Positions 8,297-16,541 of a DNA stretch of 53,810 bases are shown piece after piece. The stretch is from positions 1 through 53,810 of the IMG/VR virus record IMGVR_UViG_3300043436_003945; one strand, given 5' to 3'. The stretch is from a virus (Duplodnaviria; Caudoviricetes). A model generated the notes under the pieces. That model was not told where the DNA came from, did no database searches, and was given only the letters and a program-made list of their open reading frames with translations. Both the position numbers and the translations under genes were made by a program. Every line of letters begins with the position of its first letter. Within the stretch, counting starts at the first letter, position 1.

Positions 8297-8827
8297 ATGA
8301 AAAAAGACACAAATTGGATAAGCTATGTCGGCCCCGCCGACGACGGCCGCACCATCGGACCTGACGATTGGCACGCGCCAAAAAACCCACTCGACTACGA
8401 CGATCTCGTAAAGTGCAGCGATCTAAACGATTTTATTATCGAGGGTCTTGAGATCCCCGCAGGCCGCGAAGACTCAATTGACTGCGTGCGCGGCAGACGC
8501 TACATTATCCGCAACTGCGTTATTCACGGAACGGTTACGCTCAAAGGCGCAATCGACGGCTACTGCATCGAGAACAGCGTGGTTAGCGGAACGATTGAAA
8601 TCGGTCAGTTCGATAATTACTGGACCCCGGGCCGGTTGCCAACACGGCACGGCGTAATTAAAAACGTGATTAGTCCAGACGGCACGCCGGTACGCGTTAA
8701 ACTTTGGGACGCCACCCATCCGCTGGTGCTCAACTCAAAGTTAAGAATTACTACAATGCCGCGCTGGGTTTGGTTGCCGTATTTTTTCCTGTGCTTGACG
8801 CTAAGAAAACTAGCTACCCGCACATAA
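8297..8827 (+). CDS. Short beta-helix-like protein with a hydrophobic C-terminal anchor
   Basis: EDSIDCVRG/IIRNCVIH/CIENSVVS rungs; WVWLPYFFLCL tail. Confidence 0.55.
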   Translation: MKKDTNWISYVGPADDGRTIGPDDWHAPKNPLDYDDLVKCSDLNDFIIEGLEIPAGREDSIDCVRGRRYIIRNCVIHGTVTLKGAIDGYCIENSVVSGTIEIGQFDNYWTPGRLPTRHGVIKNVISPDGTPVRVKLWDATHPLVLNSKLRITTMPRWVWLPYFFLCLTLRKLATRT

Positions 8828-8877
8828 ACCCCTCGCGTTCCTTTTTGTTTTTACCGCATATAAGCACAGCCTAAAGC

Positions 8878-9471
8878 ATGAAACCAACGATACCTTTTAT
8901 CGGCTTTCCAAAGCTCGCACGGTTCTCCCGCGAGATTGTAATCACTGAAAAGATCGACGGCACCAACGCCCAAATTTACATCGAGGGCGACAACGTCTAC
9001 GCCGGTTCGCGGACTCGATGGATCGAGCCCGGCGACGACAATTTCGGCTTTGCGGCTTGGGTTGAGCAGAACAAGACCGAACTCCTGCAGCTCGGACCCG
9101 GATCGCACTTTGGGGAATGGTGGGGTGCCGGTATTCAGCGCAAATACGGCCAGACCGAGAAACGGTTCTCGTTGTTCAACACGACGCGCTGGTGCCGACA
9201 CGACGCCGTTCCTTCGGTCTTCCCGACCAACGACCCCAGAGTCGGCAAAACGCAAGAGTTCGCGCCCAAGTGCTGCGACGTTGTCCCTGAGTTGTATCGC
9301 GGGCCGTTTCTACCGCACATAATCGAGCCCGCAGTCCAAGCCCTCGTAGTTAGCGGAAGCGTCGCCGCCCCCGGTTTTATGGACCCTGAAGGCATTGTCA
9401 TCTACCACACCGCCGCCGGCACGCTCTTCAAAAAAACCTGCGTCGACGACCACAAACCAAAGTCGCTTTAA
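8878..9471 (+). CDS. ATP-dependent RNA ligase (Rnl2-like adenylyltransferase domain)
   Basis: Motif I EKIDGTN, SRTR, GEWWG, EGIVI, FKK. Confidence 0.85.
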   Translation: MKPTIPFIGFPKLARFSREIVITEKIDGTNAQIYIEGDNVYAGSRTRWIEPGDDNFGFAAWVEQNKTELLQLGPGSHFGEWWGAGIQRKYGQTEKRFSLFNTTRWCRHDAVPSVFPTNDPRVGKTQEFAPKCCDVVPELYRGPFLPHIIEPAVQALVVSGSVAAPGFMDPEGIVIYHTAAGTLFKKTCVDDHKPKSL

Positions 9472-9526
9472 ACCGCAAAACAGAGTCGCTTTAAACCGCA
9501 AAACAAAGTCGCTTTAAACCGCAAAC
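9458..9526 (+). repeat. 3 x 23-bp tandem repeat spanning the ligase stop codon
   Basis: CA(A/G)AGTCGCTTTAAACCGCAAA(A/C) at 9458, 9481, 9504. Confidence 0.95.
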
Positions 9527-9536
9527 TAACGATTCC

Positions 9537-10175
9537 ATGCACCACTGCCTCAACGCGTCCGTGCCCCAGCACCTCTACGGTCTGGTAGACAAAAACATCC
9601 TGCGCGGCTCGGTCGAAGACTCCGACAGTTTCGACCGCTGCGTAGTTTTTGGCGTTACCTCTATTCCGTCGCGGGCGCTGCACTTTTCTGTGCTGACCGA
9701 AGCCGGCAGCCAATGGGCCCGAATCCCGCTGCACAAGCTGCGGCACACCGAGCCCGACGAGGGCGGCCCCAAGCACTCCCTGCCCGAACTCCAAAGCTGG
9801 GACTGCCACGGGTGGGATTTCTCCGTCACCGCCTACGAGTACCTCCGGCAGATGGGCTGCTCGTTCCGCACGCGCGAGGGCCTGATGGTGCCGGCGGCGT
9901 ACTGGTTCACTTTGGACCACACCGACAACGGCTTCAGCCAACAGCCGTCGGAGCACAAATGCTATCACCTGTTGTTGCTGGAGGACGGCAGCGGCCAGAT
10001 TGCGGCGCAGCCGAACAATCGAATCCTCTGGAACGACGACAGCTTCGTCCGACCAAACCCGGCAACCCTCAAAGAGTACGCGGTGATGCCAGACGAAACT
10101 TGGCACGCCGAGATCGGCCGCAACGCCGACCTGAACACCTTCTGCCACAACCCAGCCCCTCAATCGACCGTTTAA
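9537..10175 (+). CDS. Conserved phage protein of unknown function
   Basis: WARIPLH, LQSWDC, YWFTLD, EHKC, AQPNNRILW motifs. Confidence 0.75.
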   Translation: MHHCLNASVPQHLYGLVDKNILRGSVEDSDSFDRCVVFGVTSIPSRALHFSVLTEAGSQWARIPLHKLRHTEPDEGGPKHSLPELQSWDCHGWDFSVTAYEYLRQMGCSFRTREGLMVPAAYWFTLDHTDNGFSQQPSEHKCYHLLLLEDGSGQIAAQPNNRILWNDDSFVRPNPATLKEYAVMPDETWHAEIGRNADLNTFCHNPAPQSTV

Positions 10176-10178
10176 TTT

Positions 10179-10448
10179 ATGACCGACAACATCCCAGTCC
10201 AAGAAAAGAAACCGCGCGACACGACGAACCGACTCGACGTCCGCATGCACAAAAACACGAGCTTCCTCGCGTTCGCGTATCGCGGAAATCTCTACACCTT
10301 TTTCCCTCGCGGAGCGTTTGACCGATTCCTCGGCTCAAATTGGGGTACCACCAAAGTCCGCTGGATCGCGCCGCAGATCGTGACGCCGATCCTGTTCGGT
10401 CTGCTCGCGTATCAGCGGGTCCCGTACAAACCCTCGAAGGGAGAATAG
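10179..10448 (+). CDS. Hypothetical protein
   Basis: ORF packed in the operon. Confidence 0.6.
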   Translation: MTDNIPVQEKKPRDTTNRLDVRMHKNTSFLAFAYRGNLYTFFPRGAFDRFLGSNWGTTKVRWIAPQIVTPILFGLLAYQRVPYKPSKGE

Positions 10449-10450
10449 AT

Positions 10451-10687
10451 ATGAGTAACCCATTTCAAGGGCGAGACGGCGGGCTGGCATTTCCGTATCG
10501 GGAGACAGAAGTCACCGGACAGTTCCAGCACCACTACGGCATGAGCCTACGCGATTATTTTGCCGGGCAGGCCTTGGCGGGGATGTTTGCCGACCCAGCC
10601 CGCGAGCTTCACAAAGAAAAACACGTCGCGCACGATGCCTATCTGTTTGCAGATGCCATGCTCGCCGCTCGGGAGAAACAACAGTGA
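10451..10687 (+). CDS. Widespread small phage protein (GMSLRDYFA family)
   Basis: GGLAFP...GMSLRDYFAGQAL...AYLFADAMLAAR. Confidence 0.8.
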   Translation: MSNPFQGRDGGLAFPYRETEVTGQFQHHYGMSLRDYFAGQALAGMFADPARELHKEKHVAHDAYLFADAMLAAREKQQ

Positions 10688-10815
10688 CCCACGAACTCAA
10701 AGTCCTGCTCCTCGCGCTGATTTTTTGTGCTGCGCTAGTATACGTAATCGCAACGCTTTGCAAAATCGGAGAGCGAAACAGAAAAATTGAACTCGACTCC
10801 ATCTGGGGCGGATGA
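10684..10815 (+). CDS. Small single-TM protein (43 aa, not in ORF track)
   Basis: GTG start overlapping the upstream TGA; VLLLALIFCAALVYVIATL. Confidence 0.55.
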   Translation: MTHELKVLLLALIFCAALVYVIATLCKIGERNRKIELDSIWGG

Positions 10816-10827
10816 TCCACTGCTCGC
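10793..10827 (+). promoter_or_regulatory. Early promoter (leaderless type)
   Basis: TCGACT-14 nt-TGA-TCCACT-6 nt-ATG 10828. Confidence 0.65.
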
Positions 10828-11196
10828 ATGTCCAACCCATACTATTCCACCGGCCACATAATTTTAAACATCGGCCTACGTCGTCCCGACAACGGCGAGC
10901 TGTTAAGCTATCTGTTTGTTGAGCAATCGCTCCGCGACCTCGGGCTCGACGTTCGCGACTTCAAGCTCTTTCAATCCGACTCCGAGCCGACGGCGGTCGT
11001 TGTTATCAAGGACCAAGGCTGCGTTTGCTACGAGATAGCCCTTTTGTTTAAGCAGGAGGCCGTTGCAGTTTACGATCCGCAGTATAAGGTCGGCGTCCTC
11101 GAAGGCCCAAAAGCCGACGCGTGGGGCCCCTTTAACCCGCAGTATTTTTTGATGCCCGACGGGCGTCGTCTCTCTGAACACAACCTTCAATCCTAA
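10828..11196 (+). CDS. Early protein, candidate SAM lyase (anti-restriction)
   Basis: SEPTAVV...FKQEAVAVY resembles T3 SAMase EEKTVRV...WEQDCVLVY. Confidence 0.45.
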   Translation: MSNPYYSTGHIILNIGLRRPDNGELLSYLFVEQSLRDLGLDVRDFKLFQSDSEPTAVVVIKDQGCVCYEIALLFKQEAVAVYDPQYKVGVLEGPKADAWGPFNPQYFLMPDGRRLSEHNLQS

Positions 11197-11201
11197 ACAA
11201 C

Positions 11202-12398
11202 ATGCCTAAAATCGACCCAGCAACTATTGATCTATCCAAACTCGCGGTCTCCGAGACCGGCGTCCCTATTGGCTATCGGGAGCTGCTCCCCGAAGACACT
11301 GTCCAGAACGGCGACATCTACGATTCACACTCCGGCGACTGGGGCGGCAACTTTGGGGAGCGTTGGCGAGTGCAAAAACGCGCGCAGCGACTTGAACCCG
11401 GCCGGGGTTTCTACGGCCCGCCTGAAAACGGCTGGCTCAAGCATTTTCGTTTGTTGGACGTCCCGTTTAACGTGCCGGAGGGTTACGGCCGCGTCACGGG
11501 CGGCACCACTAAGAAAGGCGACATCGTTGCCGACCGCTGGGGTCGTGTAGTCTGTGAGCCCTACGAGGCCGATCACGACTACCCGGCGACCAGTAGCGCC
11601 GACGTAGGCTTATACCGCCTGCAGCCCGCGTTCCCGGTCGCTCCAAAAGCCGAGGGGCCGTTCTGCTACGGCAACCTGTCCCTTAGACCGCCCGGCGTCG
11701 AAATGAAAAAGCAGTTCGTCTTCGACCGCGATTACAAGTCCGGCTGCGACAAACTGCAGGCCAAGGTCAACGAGCTGACGAAACGTCTCCGCGACTCCGA
11801 GACGGCCCGCCAAGACAACAAGCAGCTTGAAGAGTCCGTCGCCGAGCTTACGCATAAAGCAAACCACCAACGAGACATGCTCGATGCAAGCCACGCCGTA
11901 ATTCTGAAGTTGAAGGCCCGCATCACCGGTTGGGCCCTAGATCCCGGCGTCGGCGAAGGCTATCGCGAGCTGCTCCCCGACGAATTTCCGGAACCGGGCG
12001 ATGAGTTTTCGTACATCGACGAGTACACAAACGTCCGGTCGAACTGGCAAGTCCGCACTATTGCTCCAGACATAACCTACGGCAAGATGTTGCTGACCGC
12101 CGTCAAGGGCTTCAAGTACCGCCGCAAGCTGCTCGTGCCCGGTCCGGCGGCCGCTCCGGTTGATCCGGTTGATCCGGTTGATCCGGTTGATCCCGGCGTC
12201 GGCAAAGGGTATCGCGAACTCCGTGACGCCGAACTCCCGACGGCGCGCGACGAGTTTAGTTTTGCGCCATTCTCAAACGTACCTCGGATCTGGTCTTACC
12301 GAGGCTGGCCGAGCACCGGCCCAAACGAAACCTACGGCAACCTTAAACGAGAGCTGGGCGCGGGCCTACAGTACCGCCGCAAGGTCCGCGCATTCTGA
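11202..12398 (+). CDS. Modular protein with four GY(R/G)...(G/R)D(E/I) repeat domains and a central coiled coil
   Basis: GYRELLPEDTVQNGDI, PEGYGRVTGGTTKKGDI, DPGVGEGYRELLPDEFPEPGDEF, DPGVGKGYRELRDAELPTARDEF. Confidence 0.75.
   Translation: MPKIDPATIDLSKLAVSETGVPIGYRELLPEDTVQNGDIYDSHSGDWGGNFGERWRVQKRAQRLEPGRGFYGPPENGWLKHFRLLDVPFNVPEGYGRVTGGTTKKGDIVADRWGRVVCEPYEADHDYPATSSADVGLYRLQPAFPVAPKAEGPFCYGNLSLRPPGVEMKKQFVFDRDYKSGCDKLQAKVNELTKRLRDSETARQDNKQLEESVAELTHKANHQRDMLDASHAVILKLKARITGWALDPGVGEGYRELLPDEFPEPGDEFSYIDEYTNVRSNWQVRTIAPDITYGKMLLTAVKGFKYRRKLLVPGPAAAPVDPVDPVDPVDPGVGKGYRELRDAELPTARDEFSFAPFSNVPRIWSYRGWPSTGPNETYGNLKRELGAGLQYRRKVRAF
12156..12191 (+). repeat. 4 x 9-bp coding tandem repeat (PVD linker)
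   Basis: CCGGTTGAT x4. Confidence 0.95.
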
Positions 12399-12625
12399 TG
12401 CACCCGACCCTCTATCTGTCCGGCCGCTCAAAAACCGGCCAGACGCAAATCCTGCGCGTCGAGAATCGCACCGTCGAACAGACTCTGACGCTCGCGGAAC
12501 TGCTCGGCTTCGACGAGAAGACGGTGCTGATCTGCCTCTGGCCGGCCGAGTTCGATGCGCGCGAGACCGTCGAGATTACGTCGTCGGTCCGGCTAGTTGT
12601 TTGGCCCGGACGGGAGGCCGCTTGA
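12398..12625 (+). CDS. Hypothetical protein
   Basis: Coupled to both neighbours. Confidence 0.55.
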   Translation: MHPTLYLSGRSKTGQTQILRVENRTVEQTLTLAELLGFDEKTVLICLWPAEFDARETVEITSSVRLVVWPGREAA

Positions 12626-13728
12626 GTGTTGCGCTTCGAGATTACCAGTCTGAGGCAATTGAGTTCTTGCTGCCCCGCCGTCGTGGGTTTGTCGTGGCCC
12701 CGGCGGGCGCAGGTAAGACGCTGGTCGTTGCCGCTGCCGTTGCGCGGGTCGCGCGGCCGGGCTGGCGCATCGGCATCCTCTGCAACACGCGCGAGCAAGT
12801 GCAGCAAATGATAGATGCTTTTGGCCGCGTAAATGGACCCGAGGGGATCGAGATCGACGTGCAGTGCGCGGCCGCCCTGCCCGACTTTTCGAAGTGTAAC
12901 CTCGTCGCCGTCGACGAGGCCCACCACAGCGTCGCACCGTCGTGGCTGCGCACCATCGTGCAGTCGGGCGGCATTCTCTGGGGAGTCTCGGCGACACCGT
13001 TTGGCGACGACGAGGACCGCAACAACGCCCTGCGCGAACTGTTTCAAGAGTTCCATTCAATCGACCGCCAGAGGCTCCTAGACTCGGGGCATCTGGCCAG
13101 CGGCAAGGTGTTCGTGCATGACCTCGATGACGAGGGCGAGTTTGACGCGGACATCGGCCGCGAGGCGGGTATTGAAATCATCCGGCGCTGTCGCCGGTTC
13201 CCGCAGATACCGCGCTTCGAGCACGAGCGAAGGGCGACGTGGCAAATCACGCAGCAGTTCGTGCAGAAGAACCCCACACGCAATGCCGCCGCCGTTTCGC
13301 TTGCGGTCTCTGAGGCCGCAAGGGGCGAAAGCGTGTTGATGTTGATCCATTCCATCGAGCACGGCACCGAGCTGCAGGCGCAGATACCCGGCAGTGAGCT
13401 GGTGTTCTCGAAAATAGGAATCAAAAAACGCCGCGAGCGTATCGAGAATTTCCGTACAGGTGCGCTCAAGATTCTGATCGCGTCATCGCTCGCGGACGAG
13501 GGTTTAGATGCTCCGCGTGCGAGCCGATTGATCCTTGTCTGCGGCGGCCGCAGTGCGGGCAAGCTGGAGCAGCGCGCAGGCCGAGTGCTGCGCACGTTCG
13601 AGGGCAAGTCGGGCGGAGTGATCCACGACTTCTTGGACCTCGGCGCACGCTTCGCGCACGCTCAGGCCAACGCACGTTTTCGCGTGTATCAGAAACTCGG
13701 ATACAACCCCGAGATCGTGTCGTACTGA
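12622..13728 (+). CDS. Superfamily 2 DEAH-box helicase
   Basis: LRDYQ, APAGAGKT, VDEAHH, SATP, EGLDAP, QRAGRVLR; TTG start after GGGAGG. Confidence 0.92.
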   Translation: MSVALRDYQSEAIEFLLPRRRGFVVAPAGAGKTLVVAAAVARVARPGWRIGILCNTREQVQQMIDAFGRVNGPEGIEIDVQCAAALPDFSKCNLVAVDEAHHSVAPSWLRTIVQSGGILWGVSATPFGDDEDRNNALRELFQEFHSIDRQRLLDSGHLASGKVFVHDLDDEGEFDADIGREAGIEIIRRCRRFPQIPRFEHERRATWQITQQFVQKNPTRNAAAVSLAVSEAARGESVLMLIHSIEHGTELQAQIPGSELVFSKIGIKKRRERIENFRTGALKILIASSLADEGLDAPRASRLILVCGGRSAGKLEQRAGRVLRTFEGKSGGVIHDFLDLGARFAHAQANARFRVYQKLGYNPEIVSY

Positions 13729-13756
13729 GTCGAATAACAGCCGAATAACAAAGTCC

Positions 13757-13794
13757 TTTTTGTCACAAAAACATAGCTCTTTTTGTTACAAAAA
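13757..13794. promoter_or_regulatory. Tandem palindromic operator-like sites TTTTTGTNACAAAAA
   Basis: 13757-13771 and 13780-13794, 23-bp period, just upstream of the -35 box at 13813. Confidence 0.6.
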
Positions 13795-13812
13795 AATAGT
13801 TTGGAAAAGGTA

Positions 13813-13847
13813 TTGACGGGGGTGCGGCGAGCTGATCCACTGACCGC
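13813..13847 (+). promoter_or_regulatory. Early promoter (leaderless type)
   Basis: TTGACG-14 nt-TGA-TCCACT-6 nt-ATG 13848. Confidence 0.7.
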
Positions 13848-14168
13848 ATGAACCCAACCACACCAGTCCAAATGCTCAGTAACTCGCTGAGGGCTTCCGT
13901 CATCGCCAGCGAAAAAAACCAATGCGCCGAGGTGATTATTGCCCGTCGCGGCGATCTTACGGCTATCGTGAAGCGCACTTTCCCGAACCATCAGACCACT
14001 AAGTATTCCTTTGGATACGCGCGGTTTGGTATGCCGACCGTGTGGCTCCACAAGAACGTCGAGCTACCATTCATGCACAGCTACGACGAACTTGACTGCG
14101 TGCGGGCACGCGCCGAGCAATCCTTCAAGGCCGCCGACGAAGTTACCGCGCTACGCGCCGCCAAGTAA
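13848..14168 (+). CDS. Hypothetical early protein
   Basis: ORF after the promoter. Confidence 0.7.
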   Translation: MNPTTPVQMLSNSLRASVIASEKNQCAEVIIARRGDLTAIVKRTFPNHQTTKYSFGYARFGMPTVWLHKNVELPFMHSYDELDCVRARAEQSFKAADEVTALRAAK

Positions 14169-14204
14169 TAAAACCGCGCCGAGGTCACTAAGGCGCTTTT
14201 TACC

Positions 14205-14471
14205 ATGACCTCACTCGTACCCGCCACCATCCGCATCACCGAATTAACCCGCCTGCCAAAGTTTCCTATCGGCACGCAGTTCTGGAGCTCTGGAAAAAAC
14301 AAGCGACTCAGCACCGTGGTCGATGTTTACACCACCGTCGATTCCGCTGGAAACATTATGAACTTCCGTTACGTCGCCTCGCACGTTTTCCTCGGCCAAA
14401 CCCTCTTCAACTACGACGTGGTCGAGGCCAGCATCGCCCGCAATTTAGTTTCGCAGGAGGTTACAAAATGA
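14205..14471 (+). CDS. Hypothetical protein
   Basis: FPIGTQF..., ATGA overlap with next gene. Confidence 0.7.
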   Translation: MTSLVPATIRITELTRLPKFPIGTQFWSSGKNKRLSTVVDVYTTVDSAGNIMNFRYVASHVFLGQTLFNYDVVEASIARNLVSQEVTK

Positions 14472-14863
14472 AACCGACTATCCTCTTCCTTCTCCTCGCC
14501 CTCTCCGTTTCGGCGGAGCCGTCTGAGGCCTACTTCAAGGCGCTGCATCAGGTCGAGACAGGTGGACGCTTAGGTCCTACCCTTGGAGACTTTGTAGACG
14601 GCCGCGCACGGGCCTTGGGGCCCCTGCAGATTCACCGCATTTACTTCATCGACAGCGGCGTCTCCGACGGCCGATATGAAGACTGCGCCGACCTTGAGTT
14701 TTCGAAGCGCGTCGTCTCGGCCTACGCGAAGAAATACGAGCTCCGAGCGTGGCGCGACAATGACGTCGTCGTGCTCGCCCGACTGCACAACGGCGGTCCT
14801 CGCTGGGCCCAAAAAACGTCGACAATCGCGTACTCAAAAAAACTTTTAAAATTCTTAAAATAA
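14468..14863 (+). CDS. Lysozyme-like / lytic transglycosylase-like protein with signal peptide
   Basis: MKPTILFLLLALSVSA signal; QVETGG catalytic Glu context, GPLQI, HNGGP. Confidence 0.75.
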   Translation: MKPTILFLLLALSVSAEPSEAYFKALHQVETGGRLGPTLGDFVDGRARALGPLQIHRIYFIDSGVSDGRYEDCADLEFSKRVVSAYAKKYELRAWRDNDVVVLARLHNGGPRWAQKTSTIAYSKKLLKFLK

Positions 14864-14866
14864 GTA

Positions 14867-14901
14867 TCGACGCGCTCAAATTGATCTGATTGTCTCTGCG
14901 T
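14867..14901 (+). promoter_or_regulatory. Early promoter (leaderless type)
   Basis: TCGACG 35 bp before ATG 14902; TGA-TTGTCT. Confidence 0.6.
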
Positions 14902-15246
14902 ATGAACTTCACCTCCTCCTCCGCTCAAGTCGTCTCGTTCCTCGCCGGTTGCCAAGCGATCGTCGATGCCAACTCCGCTACGTTCTCCGAACTCTCCAAG
15001 ATCCAACGCGAACGCCTCATCCTTACCGAAGGCGGCCGTTACATCAAAATTGTCCGCGAGACGCTGCACCTCCCAACCGGCACCGTCAATTCGCGCTCGG
15101 CTCACTGCTTTATCGATCGCACCAACGGTGACGTCCTTAAAACGGCAAGCTGGGCGGCCCCCGCCAAGGGCGCTCGCGGCAATATCACCGACGACAAGAA
15201 CGGCCTCGGCCGCATGGGCTGCTACGGTGCCGGCTATAATCGCTAA
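14902..15246 (+). CDS. Conserved early phage protein (KxASWxAPAK family)
   Basis: GRYIKIV...SAHCFID...GDVLKTASWAAPAKGARGNI. Confidence 0.8.
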   Translation: MNFTSSSAQVVSFLAGCQAIVDANSATFSELSKIQRERLILTEGGRYIKIVRETLHLPTGTVNSRSAHCFIDRTNGDVLKTASWAAPAKGARGNITDDKNGLGRMGCYGAGYNR

Positions 15247-15255
15247 AAATAAATC

Positions 15256-15290
15256 TCGACACCGACGCACCGCTTTTATTCTTTACTTAA
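15256..15290 (+). promoter_or_regulatory. Early promoter (leaderless type)
   Basis: A-tract + TCGACA 35 bp before ATG 15291. Confidence 0.6.
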
Positions 15291-15545
15291 ATGAACTCCA
15301 ACACCGCAAAAATCGCTCCAAATCTAATTGGCGTAAAGTACACCCTCCGCACCGACCTCGGGACGGAGTTTCTTGAAGTCGAAGCCCCGGGCGGCTGGGA
15401 CGACGTCCAAAAACTTGTCGGCAAGGTGTTGGAGTACGACGGCCGCAACTTCCGCTACAGCGGCTGGAACAGTGACCGCAACGTCGCCTATTTCTCCCGC
15501 AGTCTGGTCGGCAACGAGGTCTACGGGATCGCCAAAATTCTTTAA
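15291..15545 (+). CDS. Hypothetical early protein
   Basis: ORF after the promoter; YSGWNSD. Confidence 0.7.
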   Translation: MNSNTAKIAPNLIGVKYTLRTDLGTEFLEVEAPGGWDDVQKLVGKVLEYDGRNFRYSGWNSDRNVAYFSRSLVGNEVYGIAKIL

Positions 15546-15546
15546 C

Positions 15547-15741
15547 ATGCCCGCCACCCAACTCCGCTTTAACGCCGCCATTGCGGCTCGCGTCAGCGCC
15601 TACCGCGCACAGGCGACCCTTATCCGCCAGATCGTCCGCGACGAAATCCTGAAGGACCGCGTCGCCCGCGCCCAAGAGCGGCTCGACCGCGCGACGGCCG
15701 AACTCGAAGCCACCAAGGCCGCAATCGCCAAGAAAAAATAG
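15547..15741 (+). CDS. Small coiled-coil protein
   Basis: ATG 1 nt after the upstream stop. Confidence 0.6.
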   Translation: MPATQLRFNAAIAARVSAYRAQATLIRQIVRDEILKDRVARAQERLDRATAELEATKAAIAKKK

Positions 15742-15815
15742 CCTCGCCTTGGACACTCTTTTTCCAACTATCTCCTCCGAACATTGGAGGCATTTCTTTA
15801 AGCAACCAAAACACA

Positions 15816-16106
15816 ATGCTGTCAGAACTCAAATCCGCTCCAGAATTGCCGCCCGCGCACCCCGTCCTTCGGGTATACGTGCAGACGCACAGCCTGTCCT
15901 ACTCCCTGTCGAGGGACGACCGCCAACTTCGGGAGGAGAACAACCTTGCGGCCAATGACACGACGTTCTCCGAGCTGGCCGGCTTCTGCCTCCGGGGCGG
16001 ATTCTTCGACGTCCGGGTCACCCCGGAGTGCAACAACCCTGCCGTGCAGGACATGTGCGAAGTTGCTTGCAAACACTACGGGTGGACCCTCTTTCCCTGC
16101 GCCTAA
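15816..16106 (+). CDS. Hypothetical protein
   Basis: ORF in the cluster. Confidence 0.55.
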   Translation: MLSELKSAPELPPAHPVLRVYVQTHSLSYSLSRDDRQLREENNLAANDTTFSELAGFCLRGGFFDVRVTPECNNPAVQDMCEVACKHYGWTLFPCA

Positions 16107-16107
16107 C

Positions 16108-16332
16108 ATGCACAACGAACTCCAAACTTATCTGAACCGTTTCGCCGTCCTCGCGACCGAGAGATTCCGCATCTTCAAGCCTGACGCCCTCGAACTTCGC
16201 TGGAACATTTTTGACACGCAGGAGAAGCGCACCGTCGGATTTGGCGGCACACCTGAGCAGGCCGCCGACCACGCGTTCGAGTATTGCCGCCGGAACAACG
16301 TCCACCTCGACACCAAAAACTATGTCTTCTGA
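16108..16332 (+). CDS. Hypothetical protein
   Basis: ATG 1 nt after the upstream stop. Confidence 0.6.
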   Translation: MHNELQTYLNRFAVLATERFRIFKPDALELRWNIFDTQEKRTVGFGGTPEQAADHAFEYCRRNNVHLDTKNYVF

Positions 16333-16534
16333 TCGCAACACGATGTCCCGGGACGACCGCGCAACCTATGGCATGACCGCCCGTGAAGAGGCCGCTTACT
16401 GGGCCCGCAAAGCCGAGAAAGAAGAGCGCGACCTTCGGGAAGAGATGGAGGCCGAGGCCGAAGCCGCCCTCGAAGCGGAGACCCTTGTCGCCGACAGCAA
16501 CGCAGCAACCGAAGAACAGGAACAACAAAACTAA
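16322..16534 (+). CDS. Small acidic protein
   Basis: Glu/Ala-rich ORF overlapping the upstream gene. Confidence 0.55.
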   Translation: MSSDRNTMSRDDRATYGMTAREEAAYWARKAEKEERDLREEMEAEAEAALEAETLVADSNAATEEQEQQN

Positions 16535-16541
16535 TTTTAAC

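Noticed and set aside
9458-9526. Possible mini-CRISPR array
   Set aside because: Repeats are contiguous with no spacers
12160-12621. N-terminal extension of the helicase ORF (likewise the extensions from 16383 and 25457)
   Set aside because: Overlap upstream genes; coupled downstream starts fit the domain boundaries
14176-14201. Terminator GCGCC...GGCGC-TTTTT
   Set aside because: Only a 5-bp stem with an 11-nt loop; too weak to call
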